NCBI GenBank assembly: GCA_009783085.1
Contig: WRHU01000002.1
Coordinates: 138,019-202,018, forward strand
Length of the DNA stretch: 64,000 bases
From: Coriobacteriia bacterium
GTDB taxonomy: Bacteria; Actinomycetota; Coriobacteriia; Coriobacteriales; UBA8131
Reading direction: 5' to 3'
The first letter of the stretch is position 1; each line of letters starts with the position of its first letter. Positions 1-8,705 of this stretch are shown in pieces. Under the pieces are notes generated by a model. The model worked only from the letters and a program-made list of their open reading frames with translations. It was not told the origin of the DNA and made no database searches. The position numbers and the translations under genes were made by a program.

Positions 1-1
1 T

Positions 2-469
2 GCTGAAGCGGCACGTGCTGCTCAAGCTGCTCAGAGTGCTGGCAGCGACGCTTCGACTGCCACTCAAGGTTCAATTGACCCAAATCTGGCTGCTCGCGTT
101 CCTACCCTGACTTTCCCGTGTCCCGGTTATACAGCTATTTCAAGCCCCTATGGTCCTCGCTGGGGAGGCATGCACTGGGGCGTTGATTTTGCTGCTCCCA
201 TAGATACACCTATTCTTGCCGCAGCAGCAGGCACGGTAACTGCTTCTGGCTATGGCTCATCGATGGGCAATTACCTTATCGTCGCTCACGGAGACGGCGT
301 AAGAACCATCTATATGCACGCTAATGCTTTGAACGTGAGTGCTGGCGCAAGTGTTTCTGCTGGCCAGCAGATTGCCCAGGTGGGCTCAACAGGAAACTCA
401 ACTGGTCCCCATCTGCACTTCCAGCTTGAAGTCGACGGCTACGCAATCAATCCAATGCCCTTCTTATAG
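2..469 (+). CDS. M23 family peptidoglycan metalloendopeptidase, C-terminal part (5' end outside window)
   Basis: The frame is open from the window edge. It carries the LytM/M23 zinc motifs HWGVDF (HxxxD) and GPHLHFQLE (HxH). The listed ORF 170..469 is only the Met-initiated tail. Confidence 0.85.
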   Translation, partial: AEAARAAQAAQSAGSDASTATQGSIDPNLAARVPTLTFPCPGYTAISSPYGPRWGGMHWGVDFAAPIDTPILAAAAGTVTASGYGSSMGNYLIVAHGDGVRTIYMHANALNVSAGASVSAGQQIAQVGSTGNSTGPHLHFQLEVDGYAINPMPFL

Positions 470-479
470 GTTTTGTTTA

Positions 480-520
480 GCAGCCCTAGACACTCCGTGT
501 CTAGGGCTGCTTCTTTTCTG
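480..520 (+). terminator. Rho-independent terminator of the M23 peptidase gene
   Basis: A 13-14 bp perfect stem (gcagccctagacac / gtgtctagggctgc) is followed by ttcttttct. It begins 11 nt after the stop codon. Confidence 0.7.
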
Positions 521-554
521 CACTATATATCCTTTTCGTGTTAAGCACTTAAAA

Positions 555-2078
555 CTATTTCTTAACAGTAATCGTAACTTTCTTTGTTGCGGTTGCTCCA
601 TAGTTTGCAGCCTTGACAGTAATCTTATAGGTTCCTGCTTTAAGCCCAGCTGCTATAGTAAGTTTGCCAGCCTGAGTAATACTAATTTTTCCTTTAGCAC
701 TCTTTGGAACCGAAACACTCACCTTGGGAGTAGGAGCACCTTTGATAGTAAAGTTTTTGGACGTAGCCCTATAGCCCACCTTAAGCGAAATAGAACTTAC
801 ACCAGAGATTGACGGATCAACATATTTTTGTGGCAGCACTTTTCCAGAATGCCCACTCTTGTTAAGCCACGACGTAAGAGCTGAAGTGTTCTTTATGTAG
901 TTGTTGTAGCAATACAAATGCACCAGCTTTGTGTTTTTGCTGATATTGAGAGAGGCAAGCTTGTTGTTGTAGCAAGTCAGGCCAAATAGTTTCGTATTCT
1001 TGCTTACATTAAGCGAAGTAAGTTTGTTGTTGAAGCAGTCTAGGGTCACTAGTTTCGTGTTCTTGGTTACGTTGAGCGAGGGAAGCTTGTTGTTTTCGCA
1101 AAGCAGGTACTGGAGCTTTACAGCCTTAGTCACCTTGAGAGAAGTAAGCTTGTTGTTAGGACAACTCAAACACACTAGTTTTGTATTCTTGCTTAGGTCA
1201 AGCGAGTCAAGGTTGTTGTTGTAGCAAAGCAAATTCACCAATTTAGTGTTTTTTGTTACATCAAGAGCAGTAAGCTGGTTGGCTGCACAAGAAAAGTCAG
1301 TGAGCTGCGTGTTTTTTGTTATATTGAGAGACTTAAGTTTGTTGGAGTAACAAGACAACACTTTTAGCTTCGTGTTCTTTGTTGCGTCTAGTTTGGTAAG
1401 TTTGTTCTCAGAACACATCAACTCTTGTAGCTGCACGTTTTTTTCAACATTAAGAGAGCTTAGCTGGTTGCCCTCGCAATACAACCATCCTAGCTTTGTG
1501 TTTTTTGTTACATTGAGGGATTTGAGCTTATTGCTTGCGACATATAGCCCAAACAACTTCACGTTCTTGGTTACATTTAGAGAAGTGAGCTCATTCATCA
1601 TAGCGTAAAGCCACGTAAGTTTCGTATTCTTGCTTATATTAAGCGAAGTAAGTTTGTTTCTAAAGCAGCCCAAATACTTTAGTTCCGTACACGCCTTTAC
1701 ATTAAGCGAAGTTAGTCCAAGCTCTGCGAGACTCACAGAGACAACATTCTTGCCGCCAAGCGTTTTGGGAATAGTAACCTTTTTCGACGTTCCCCTGTAG
1801 CCAGTAACATATGCACCATTGCCGTAGTCACCATTTTTGACCGTATACACAATACCGCTTGAGGTGGTCGCAAGTGAAGTAAGCTGGTGGTTCTCTCCAC
1901 CCTCCTGCGCAAATGCCGCAGCAGGAGCTACCGCAAAACTTGAACACATCAACACCAGCGACAAAAGAACAGCAAGTGTCCGCTTGTGTAGCAAAAGGGG
2001 TGTGTGTTGGGCTGTGGATAGAGAGTTCGTTTTAGGGGCAAAGAGAGATGTCTTTCTGGTTTGAGGCTTAAAAAACAT
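555..2078 (-). CDS. Secreted leucine-rich-repeat protein (13 x 21-aa LRR) with C-terminal Ig-like domain
   Basis: N-terminal signal peptide (LAVLLSLVLMCSSFAVAPAAAFA). There are 13 tandem units L(T/K)SLN(V/I)xKNTKLxxLxCxxNK. The C-terminus (KISITQAGKLTIAAGLKAGTYKITVKA) is BIG2-like. AAAGGA lies 8 nt before the ATG. Confidence 0.85.
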   Translation of the reverse strand: MFFKPQTRKTSLFAPKTNSLSTAQHTPLLLHKRTLAVLLSLVLMCSSFAVAPAAAFAQEGGENHQLTSLATTSSGIVYTVKNGDYGNGAYVTGYRGTSKKVTIPKTLGGKNVVSVSLAELGLTSLNVKACTELKYLGCFRNKLTSLNISKNTKLTWLYAMMNELTSLNVTKNVKLFGLYVASNKLKSLNVTKNTKLGWLYCEGNQLSSLNVEKNVQLQELMCSENKLTKLDATKNTKLKVLSCYSNKLKSLNITKNTQLTDFSCAANQLTALDVTKNTKLVNLLCYNNNLDSLDLSKNTKLVCLSCPNNKLTSLKVTKAVKLQYLLCENNKLPSLNVTKNTKLVTLDCFNNKLTSLNVSKNTKLFGLTCYNNKLASLNISKNTKLVHLYCYNNYIKNTSALTSWLNKSGHSGKVLPQKYVDPSISGVSSISLKVGYRATSKNFTIKGAPTPKVSVSVPKSAKGKISITQAGKLTIAAGLKAGTYKITVKAANYGATATKKVTITVKK

Positions 2079-2179
2079 GGGCTATTCCTTTCTATAGAAG
2101 AGCATTACAGTAAGCATTATTATGCCTGCCTCCGTCATTTTTGTCAATAATCGTATGGGAGCGCACGGCAGTTATAGGC

Positions 2180-3097
2180 TTATAGGACGTGATAGCGCAT
2201 GGCAGCGGGCAGCTCCAAACCATGCGCCTCAAGCAACTCCTTGTCTTTTAACAGTTCGCGCGTTGGACCATCGGCGACAATGCGTCCTTCATCAATAATG
2301 ATAGAGCGCGGACATAACTCCCACACCATATCAAGATCATGCGTTGCCAGCAAAATGCTGTGTTTTATGTTGCTCAGAAGCTCCATCATTTGGCGACGCC
2401 CCCGCGGGTCGAGATTGCTTGAGGGTTCGTCCAAAATAAGAAAATCAGGATGCGTGACAAGAATAGTTGCAAGAGCCGCCCGCTTGCGCTGCCCAAAGGA
2501 GAGGTCTTGCGGAGCTTTTTGCGCGACGTGCTCGAGGTCAACTTCTTTGAGCGCTTTGAGAACCCGTTTTTCAAGTTCCTCGGGGCTTAAGGGGTGACGG
2601 TGCGGTTCGTAGGCGTGTTCATGCAGATGTTCACAAGCGGCGGCTTGCGTGTTTGGCGTGACGCTTGAGGTGCCTAGATTGTCATCATGGCTGTGCGCAT
2701 GAGCAGTTTTGTTGATGGTGTGAGCGCCATCAGAGTCATCATGGCTGTGTGCGTGAGCATGAGCAGTAGCACTCTGATTAAGCAAGCCAAAAGCAACGTC
2801 ATCAAAAACCGAGGTCATAAAGAGTTGGTCGTCGGGATCTTGAAAAACAAGCCCCACCCGCTGGCGCACCTCAACAAGTGTTTTCTTTGAAACCTCCACA
2901 TCGCCAACCGTAATGCTCCCCTCTTGGGGCAAAAGAATACCATTGGCAAGCAGCATAATGGTACTTTTGCCAGCACCGTTAGGGCCAAGCAGGGCAACAT
3001 GTTCGCCGTGCCCCAGCTCAAACGAAACACCCTTGAGTGCCTGCGTGCCGTCGGGATAGGCAAAGGCTACCTTGTTATACGTAAGATTGCAGGTCAT
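2180..3097 (-). CDS. cbiO: ECF (CbiO/EcfA-type) transporter ATP-binding protein with His-rich insertion
   Basis: Walker A GPNGAGKST, signature LSFGQRKR, Walker B FLILDEPSSNLD, H-loop ATHD. It lies downstream of cbiM and cbiQ. Confidence 0.9.
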   Translation of the reverse strand: MTCNLTYNKVAFAYPDGTQALKGVSFELGHGEHVALLGPNGAGKSTIMLLANGILLPQEGSITVGDVEVSKKTLVEVRQRVGLVFQDPDDQLFMTSVFDDVAFGLLNQSATAHAHAHSHDDSDGAHTINKTAHAHSHDDNLGTSSVTPNTQAAACEHLHEHAYEPHRHPLSPEELEKRVLKALKEVDLEHVAQKAPQDLSFGQRKRAALATILVTHPDFLILDEPSSNLDPRGRRQMMELLSNIKHSILLATHDLDMVWELCPRSIIIDEGRIVADGPTRELLKDKELLEAHGLELPAAMRYHVL

Positions 3098-3176
3098 TGG
3101 TTCTCTCCTTGTGTTCTCTTGGGTAGTGCCTCAGTGCGTTCAATAGTGTTCTGTTTTTCTGCGCTGCCCTCATGTC

Positions 3177-3920
3177 CTAAAGCAGCACAAAAGCAATTCC
3201 GAGAAGTACCGCTACTGCCACAAGCGCTGCGTCGGGCAATCCAAAACGTTGGTGGGTGCTGCGCGGCAAAAGACCGGTAAAGCCACGTGAAAGCATGGCA
3301 GCGTGAATGCGCTCACCTCTGCTGTGAGCACGAATGAGCATCGCACCTGCTAGGTTGCCGTACAGCAGCACTTGCTTGCGCGGGCTAATGCTCGGCGCGC
3401 GCGACACCAGCGAACGATGCGCTGCCGTAAGCTGTGTGCGCATTACTCCCACATAACGATACATAAAAGTCAAAAGCAGCGTGAACGCCCGCGGAACGTG
3501 CAAGCGCTCAAGTGCATACAGAAGGTCTTTTTCGGGACAAAGCTGCACGAGCAAAAGCATCACCAACACGCACATCCACGGGGTTAAAATGAGTTCTACA
3601 ACGCGCCCTGCCCCTTGTGCATAGGCGGCCGCAATGCCCGATGAGCTCCATTCGGTAACGAGCCGTAAAGGTGCAAAAGCAGCCATGCAGCCCGCTATGG
3701 GAATAACAATAAGCGAGCGCAGAAACAGTTTGGGAAGGTTGACGTTAGCCACAAGCCCAATGATGAGAACGAGGGCAAATATCGTTATTATTTCAAGTGG
3801 CGCATGGGGCATACCCACAACAATGCCTACCACCAAAACAACGGCAGCAAGCAACATTCCTTGTGGTGAGAAGGGTTTGGGCTCGTTCGGCTTAAGCTTG
3901 TTTGTGTTAGGCGTGTTCAT
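3177..3920 (-). CDS. cbiQ: ECF transporter transmembrane (T) component CbiQ
   Basis: Polytopic membrane protein of about 245 aa between cbiM and cbiO. It has the CbiQ/EcfT-like C-terminal segment (RAHSRGERIHAAMLSRGF). Confidence 0.85.
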   Translation of the reverse strand: MNTPNTNKLKPNEPKPFSPQGMLLAAVVLVVGIVVGMPHAPLEIITIFALVLIIGLVANVNLPKLFLRSLIVIPIAGCMAAFAPLRLVTEWSSSGIAAAYAQGAGRVVELILTPWMCVLVMLLLVQLCPEKDLLYALERLHVPRAFTLLLTFMYRYVGVMRTQLTAAHRSLVSRAPSISPRKQVLLYGNLAGAMLIRAHSRGERIHAAMLSRGFTGLLPRSTHQRFGLPDAALVAVAVLLGIAFVLL

Positions 3921-3970
3921 CTGGTTGGACTCGCTTTTCTGCGTTGTTGCTCCCGTCAGCTCTGGTTTTC

Positions 3971-5002
3971 TTATTCGTCTATTTCAACGCTTTTGGCTAT
4001 CTTGGTTTTCTCGCCCGTTCTATCACGCCCACCTGTTCTATCACGTTCGCCCGTTCTATCGCGCCCACCCGCCCTGCGCTTGAGCACAACAACCAAACCA
4101 AGAATAAGCGCGCCCGTAAGCACAACGCCAACTATGCCTGCGCCAATGCCTGCAAGCAGCTCACTTCCAACGCCCGGCAAGAGGTAGTCGCTCATCGGAG
4201 CGGCGGCGGCATGAGCCCCTTCCTCAAACTCTGCACCTACGCCAGAATCAAAATAGACAAACTCAAGTCCGTCGGGCGAGGTAGAGGCAAGAAAACTGAG
4301 TCCTGCGGCAATGAGCGCAAGTGCACCCAGCACCACACAGATGCTCTTAAGAGAACGCTTGGTGTGCAAAGCACCCTCGTCGCCCAGCAGCTGAGGACGC
4401 ACTTTGGCAACGTAGGCAATAAGCCCCGCCGTGATGATGCCCTCGCCAACACCAATTATTGTGTGCCAAAAAGTCATTGCGCCCAGTGCCGCAAAAAACT
4501 GCGCATTGTTTGAAGCCCACAGCTCCAGTGCAACCGCCGCAGACGAAACCACTACCGCAACAAAAGCACCCGTAAAAGCGCCCGCAATTTTGGAAGCATA
4601 ACCACTGCGAACACGCTGAAAAAGCTCATAAATAAACGCCCCAACAAAAGGCGCAATAATGCCAAGGTTAACAATGTTTGCGCCCAACGTAGTAATGCCA
4701 CCGTCACCAAAAAAGAGCGCCTGCACGAGCAACACAGCCGACATCACAATGCAAGCAGGCCACGCCCCCAGCAAGATACCAGCAAGGGCTCCTCCGGCAA
4801 AATGACCGCTGGTACCTGCCGCAATGGGAAAGTTAAGCATTTGCAAGCCAAAAATGAGAGCGGCAAGCACCGCCATAAGCACGATTTTTGAGCCGTCAAG
4901 GTTTTTTCTAATCCACCAGCTCGCATAGCCAATGCTGCCTGCTCCGCCAGCCCACAACGTGCCAAAGGTTTTTGGGTCGAGCATACCGTCGGGAATGTGC
5001 AT
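3971..5002 (-). CDS. cbiM: Ni/Co ECF substrate-capture component CbiM/NikM fused to a PDGLE (CbiN/NikN-like) module
   Basis: MHIPDGML N-terminus typical of CbiM/NikM. The C-terminal third is TM-PDGLEFVYF-TM. The ORF track starts 2 codons earlier (5008), but AAAGGA lies 5 nt before the ATG at 5002. Confidence 0.88.
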   Translation of the reverse strand: MHIPDGMLDPKTFGTLWAGGAGSIGYASWWIRKNLDGSKIVLMAVLAALIFGLQMLNFPIAAGTSGHFAGGALAGILLGAWPACIVMSAVLLVQALFFGDGGITTLGANIVNLGIIAPFVGAFIYELFQRVRSGYASKIAGAFTGAFVAVVVSSAAVALELWASNNAQFFAALGAMTFWHTIIGVGEGIITAGLIAYVAKVRPQLLGDEGALHTKRSLKSICVVLGALALIAAGLSFLASTSPDGLEFVYFDSGVGAEFEEGAHAAAAPMSDYLLPGVGSELLAGIGAGIVGVVLTGALILGLVVVLKRRAGGRDRTGERDRTGGRDRTGEKTKIAKSVEIDE

Positions 5003-5140
5003 GAACATCCTTTCTTGAGTTCTCGTTTGTGTGCCTAGTGTAACACGATTTTATAATTCGTAACACCATGAAAGAGTAGGCTCTTCGCTCAGCGGCACTA
5101 CGGGCTCGCAAAGGGAGGTTGGGTGTGGCGAGATTTGGCT

Positions 5141-6133
5141 CTAACTTTGGCTTGCGCGTTTTTCTCGGCAACGCTGACAAACCTCGGTATGCCCTTGTTC
5201 GCCCGGGCAAAGCTCCTCGTTGGTGCTGCAGGGCTCGGCATGAATAAGCACCTGCGTGCCGCTGAGCTGTGCGGTAACCTCGTCTTCGATAAGGTCACAC
5301 AGCTCATGAACCTTGGCAACCGACATATTCCTTGGAACTACCAAGTGGAGGTCAACGTAGCGCTCGGCACCAGACTTCCGCGTTCTAAGATCATGAAACT
5401 CAACAAACTCCTCTTCATACCGAGCAAGGCAGTCGGTAATAATCTTTTTCTCAGTTTGAGGCAGGCTCGCATCAACCAACGGGAGAAAGGCCTCTTTGAG
5501 CAAATCATAGGCAGCTTTGGCAATTATCACCGCAACACCCAGCGCAATAATGGGGTCCAAAACGTGCCAGCCGGTAATCATAATTAAAAGCAGGCCCACA
5601 AAAACACCGGCGGAGGTAAACACGTCGGTTCTCAGGTGCAGGGCGTCTGCTTGCAAAGCCACGGAATCTGTTTCTTTTCCCACCTTCATTAGACGGCTAG
5701 AAACAAACAAGTTGATGAGTGCTGCGCCTCCCATAACCACAAGGCCCAAGGTAAACGCCAGACCACCGAGCTCGCCGCTGCCACCGTGCGCAATTTCAAT
5801 GAGCTTCTTTATTGCCTCGGTGACAATCATTACCACCGCCACCAAAATGAGGGCTGCTTCGATAGTTCCCGAAACATTTTCTATTTTGCCGTGCCCATAT
5901 TCATGGTCTGCGTCTGCGGGCTTGGCTGATTGCTTAACCGCAAAAAAGGCTATGCAAGAAGCAAGTAAGTCGAGCCCAGAATGAATGCCCTCAGACAAAA
6001 TGCTTACCGAACCACTAATAAATCCAACTATGAGCTTAGTGAGCGTCAGTAAGGTATTTGACGCAACCGAAAGCAGCGCAACCCGTGCTTTCTTTTTATC
6101 CTTTTGCTCACTGTCTTTTTGTGCAACTTCCAA
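5141..6133 (-). CDS. Cation diffusion facilitator (CDF) family metal exporter
   Basis: Six TM segments with SEGIHSGLDLLAS and LHLRTDVFTS metal-site motifs, a cytoplasmic C-terminal domain, and a Cys/His-rich tail. The start codon is TTG. Confidence 0.88.
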   Translation of the reverse strand: MEVAQKDSEQKDKKKARVALLSVASNTLLTLTKLIVGFISGSVSILSEGIHSGLDLLASCIAFFAVKQSAKPADADHEYGHGKIENVSGTIEAALILVAVVMIVTEAIKKLIEIAHGGSGELGGLAFTLGLVVMGGAALINLFVSSRLMKVGKETDSVALQADALHLRTDVFTSAGVFVGLLLIMITGWHVLDPIIALGVAVIIAKAAYDLLKEAFLPLVDASLPQTEKKIITDCLARYEEEFVEFHDLRTRKSGAERYVDLHLVVPRNMSVAKVHELCDLIEDEVTAQLSGTQVLIHAEPCSTNEELCPGEQGHTEVCQRCREKRASQS

Positions 6134-6179
6134 AACTGACCTAACCTTACTTCTTGGTTCCCTTACTTTAGGTTCAGTT
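6134..6179 (-). promoter_or_regulatory. Imperfect 11-bp inverted repeat abutting the CDF start codon (operator or start-occluding hairpin)
   Basis: Arms AACTGACCTAA (6134-6144) and TTAGGTTCAGTT (6168-6179) pair with one bulge. The loop carries AGTAAGG twice on the mRNA strand. Confidence 0.35.
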
Positions 6180-6271
6180 ACATTTTACCGTATCTTTGGC
6201 AGTTTTCCGTTGCCTTGCGCTTCTTGTCCGTATCTTTCAAAAACTCCTGCGACCATACTTTTTGAAAGCAG

Positions 6272-7375
6272 CTATTTCCACACAATATCGGTACTTTGCC
6301 TCATACAAATACCGTCCTCTCGGGCATAATAGCTCGTAAAGTCCTCGGCTCCTCTGTCGTAGGTTTCTCGCTTAAGTATGGTGCTTCCCAATTTGCCTTG
6401 CTCGTAAGTTTCCACAACAAGGTAAGCCGTTTCTGCTTGAGCTTCAAAAGTTTTGGGCACTTTGTTTGGCTCGTATTCTGTTTCTGAAAGAAAGACGCTG
6501 CGAGAATCCATTTCATACACGACAATTTTTTGAGGAGCGCGCATGAGCTCAACTCCAACACTTATGCTTGCCGTGTCGACCAGAGTTTTGCCACCCCTCA
6601 TTCGTTTCGAGGTGACTTCAAGCAGGTTGCTGACGCCTCCCCCAACGGAGCCAATAAACGTGCTTCCTTGTTCTGTTACTTCCAAAACTGCATAGACATA
6701 TCCGTCAGGGGTCTGAAAAATAGGGCTGGTGTTATAGTAAAGCCCCTCACTTGACGAAGCCACATAGACAGTTCCTTCAATTTCTATTCTAGAGCCACCG
6801 TCGGGGTGATTGCCTGCACCAAAGGATATTTCAGCGATTTCATCATCATATATGAAATCAGAATGCACAACATCTCCTTTTTTATCAAAAAAAAGCGGGC
6901 AAAAGGCGGCATATCCCTCGATGTTTTCAAAAACATATTCTTTGCCCTCAATTTTTTTGTTTGTTTCCTCGTCCACAATAATAGTTTTCGGCTTTGCAGT
7001 AGCATAAACACGCTTTGGAGATACTATGCTTCGTCCAGTAATAAGGTAAAACAGGTTTGTAAAGGGACCGTAGGAGTGATAACTTCCCTCCTCCTCTCCG
7101 AATTCAATTTCTCCAACTACGCTATGATTTTCGCTCGCAGCATCAAGTTCTGCTTCCTCCCGTTCGCACTGTTCCTCTTCAAGGGCTTCTCGAGCCACAC
7201 GTTGTTCCGCAGTTTCCACCATTACCAAGACCCCTATGATCATGTCGTCATTGGGGTTTGAGCCCAAGCCTTCTCGTGCTAGCTGGCAGCCCGAAAGCAA
7301 GCCTGCTGCCAAAACAACACACAAAACTGCGACCACGCTGCGACGCACCAAAACTAATACATTACGCTTCATCAT
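6272..7375 (-). CDS. Lipoprotein of unknown function
   Basis: Signal peptide with lipobox LLSGC. The start overlaps the end of the upstream HTH gene by 14 nt. No family recognised. Confidence 0.75.
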   Translation of the reverse strand: MMKRNVLVLVRRSVVAVLCVVLAAGLLSGCQLAREGLGSNPNDDMIIGVLVMVETAEQRVAREALEEEQCEREEAELDAASENHSVVGEIEFGEEEGSYHSYGPFTNLFYLITGRSIVSPKRVYATAKPKTIIVDEETNKKIEGKEYVFENIEGYAAFCPLFFDKKGDVVHSDFIYDDEIAEISFGAGNHPDGGSRIEIEGTVYVASSSEGLYYNTSPIFQTPDGYVYAVLEVTEQGSTFIGSVGGGVSNLLEVTSKRMRGGKTLVDTASISVGVELMRAPQKIVVYEMDSRSVFLSETEYEPNKVPKTFEAQAETAYLVVETYEQGKLGSTILKRETYDRGAEDFTSYYAREDGICMRQSTDIVWK

Positions 7376-7589
7376 TACCCTCCAGTTTTCCGTCGAACTT
7401 CAAGATGTCACCCACATCACACTGCAAGTGCCAACAGATTTTATTTATAGTGCTAAAACGAACACCTTTTGCCTTGCCGCTTCGCAGAATGGAAAGGTTT
7501 GCTTCCGTTATTCCCACAAGCGCACACAGCTCTTTTGATGTCATGTTTCTACTTTTAAGAATATCCTCGAGATAGATTTTTATAGCCAT
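7362..7589 (-). CDS. Small XRE-family HTH transcriptional regulator (YozG-like)
   Basis: 75 aa. NMTSKELCALVGITEANLSILRSGKAKGVRFSTINKICWHLQCDVGDILKF matches the YozG-type HTH pattern usually paired with a DUF2975 membrane protein. Confidence 0.85.
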   Translation of the reverse strand: MAIKIYLEDILKSRNMTSKELCALVGITEANLSILRSGKAKGVRFSTINKICWHLQCDVGDILKFDGKLEGNDEA

Positions 7590-7598
7590 GACGTACCC

Positions 7599-8636
7599 CT
7601 AAATAAACTTTTCGTTGTCGTCCTTGAGCTGCTTGCTGTCGGTAACAAAGCGAACGAGCAGCAGAGTGCCAAGAACGAGTGCTATTGAAAAGAGGGGAAC
7701 CTGTACCGAGCCATTAAACACCATGAGCGATTGCGCAAACACGAGCTGCAAGGTGTTGAACACAATGTTTACCAGTACGGTTATTGCTAAGGCTGTTACG
7801 CAAAGCTTCGAAAGAAAAGTGGCTTTTGTAAGGGTTTTCTCAGAATAGCTTTCTGCTTGCAGCGTACTCAAAAACCCTAGAGCTGCAAAGACGATAATCA
7901 CGTTGAGGATATAGGGCACAACGTCAACAATAAATTGGAGAACTAAAAAGACCGAGCTTATGTTGAGGTGTCTCAAGCTTGAATAGTTGCCCGATCTTAA
8001 TGTTGTCATGTTCTCAACAAGTGAGTTCAGGCAAGCGCCACATACCATATAGACGCAATATGCTCCCAACAAGCCAAGCATAAGTATCATATAGCCAATG
8101 AGCTTGTTTGGCTTGTTGTGCAAAAGCAAACGAGCCAGACATAAAATTAAATATCCACAGAGGATTGAATACACAATGCCTCCCATGAGCGCTTTTCCTA
8201 CGACCTCTCCGAGCATTGCGACGGGCAAGGTATAGGTGAGCCCCGGGTTTATCATGTAATATAAAACTACCAAGAGAACAAGGCTGAGTAATACCAGCAG
8301 CGTGTCTTCTGGGCGAAGCTTGCGTTTTGTTTTTAGAATGAATAGGGCAACAATCGGAATAAGCCCCAGAGCGATATAGATAGCAAGTGCTAGTGCGTTG
8401 CCAGCTCCACTGACAAGCGAAAGGCTGCGCAAGCCCATTCCAATTTGCTCAAACGGAAACGCCGTGGCAGCGGCAAGTGCATCTGGCAAAGAGCGCTGCG
8501 TTGCACTAAAGGCAATGCAAACCGCAGCCTCGATGCCCAATATGCCTGCGAGCACGGCTATCAACAGTTTATGGCTTGTGCGTTTTGCACGGCTCGTGTC
8601 TTTTGCGTCTTCCGTGTTCTTCATGTTGTCTTTCAT
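7599..8636 (-). CDS. Polytopic membrane protein (DUF2975-like), first gene of a 3-gene operon
   Basis: 8-9 predicted TM helices and a C-terminal ...SKQLKDDNEKFI tail. GGAGG lies 6 nt before the ATG. There is a 9-nt gap to the HTH gene. Confidence 0.7.
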   Translation of the reverse strand: MKDNMKNTEDAKDTSRAKRTSHKLLIAVLAGILGIEAAVCIAFSATQRSLPDALAAATAFPFEQIGMGLRSLSLVSGAGNALALAIYIALGLIPIVALFILKTKRKLRPEDTLLVLLSLVLLVVLYYMINPGLTYTLPVAMLGEVVGKALMGGIVYSILCGYLILCLARLLLHNKPNKLIGYMILMLGLLGAYCVYMVCGACLNSLVENMTTLRSGNYSSLRHLNISSVFLVLQFIVDVVPYILNVIIVFAALGFLSTLQAESYSEKTLTKATFLSKLCVTALAITVLVNIVFNTLQLVFAQSLMVFNGSVQVPLFSIALVLGTLLLVRFVTDSKQLKDDNEKFI

Positions 8637-8676
8637 TTTGACCTCCGAATTATTGTAATTCGATAATTATTTGTAC

Positions 8677-8705
8677 AGAATAAAGCACAAATTATTGTTT
8701 GTCAA
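8677..8705 (-). promoter_or_regulatory. Sigma-70-type promoter of the membrane protein/HTH/lipoprotein operon
   Basis: On the minus strand: TTGACA (8705-8700), 17-nt spacer, TATTCT (8682-8677). It is bracketed by two CAAATAATTAT direct repeats (8663-8673 and 8705-8715). Confidence 0.6.

Noticed and set aside
5009-5140. Cobalamin riboswitch upstream of cbiM
   Set aside because: Only 132 bp are available, shared with the terminator region of the upstream CDF gene, and there is no B12-box-like sequence. The substrate (Ni or Co) therefore remains open.
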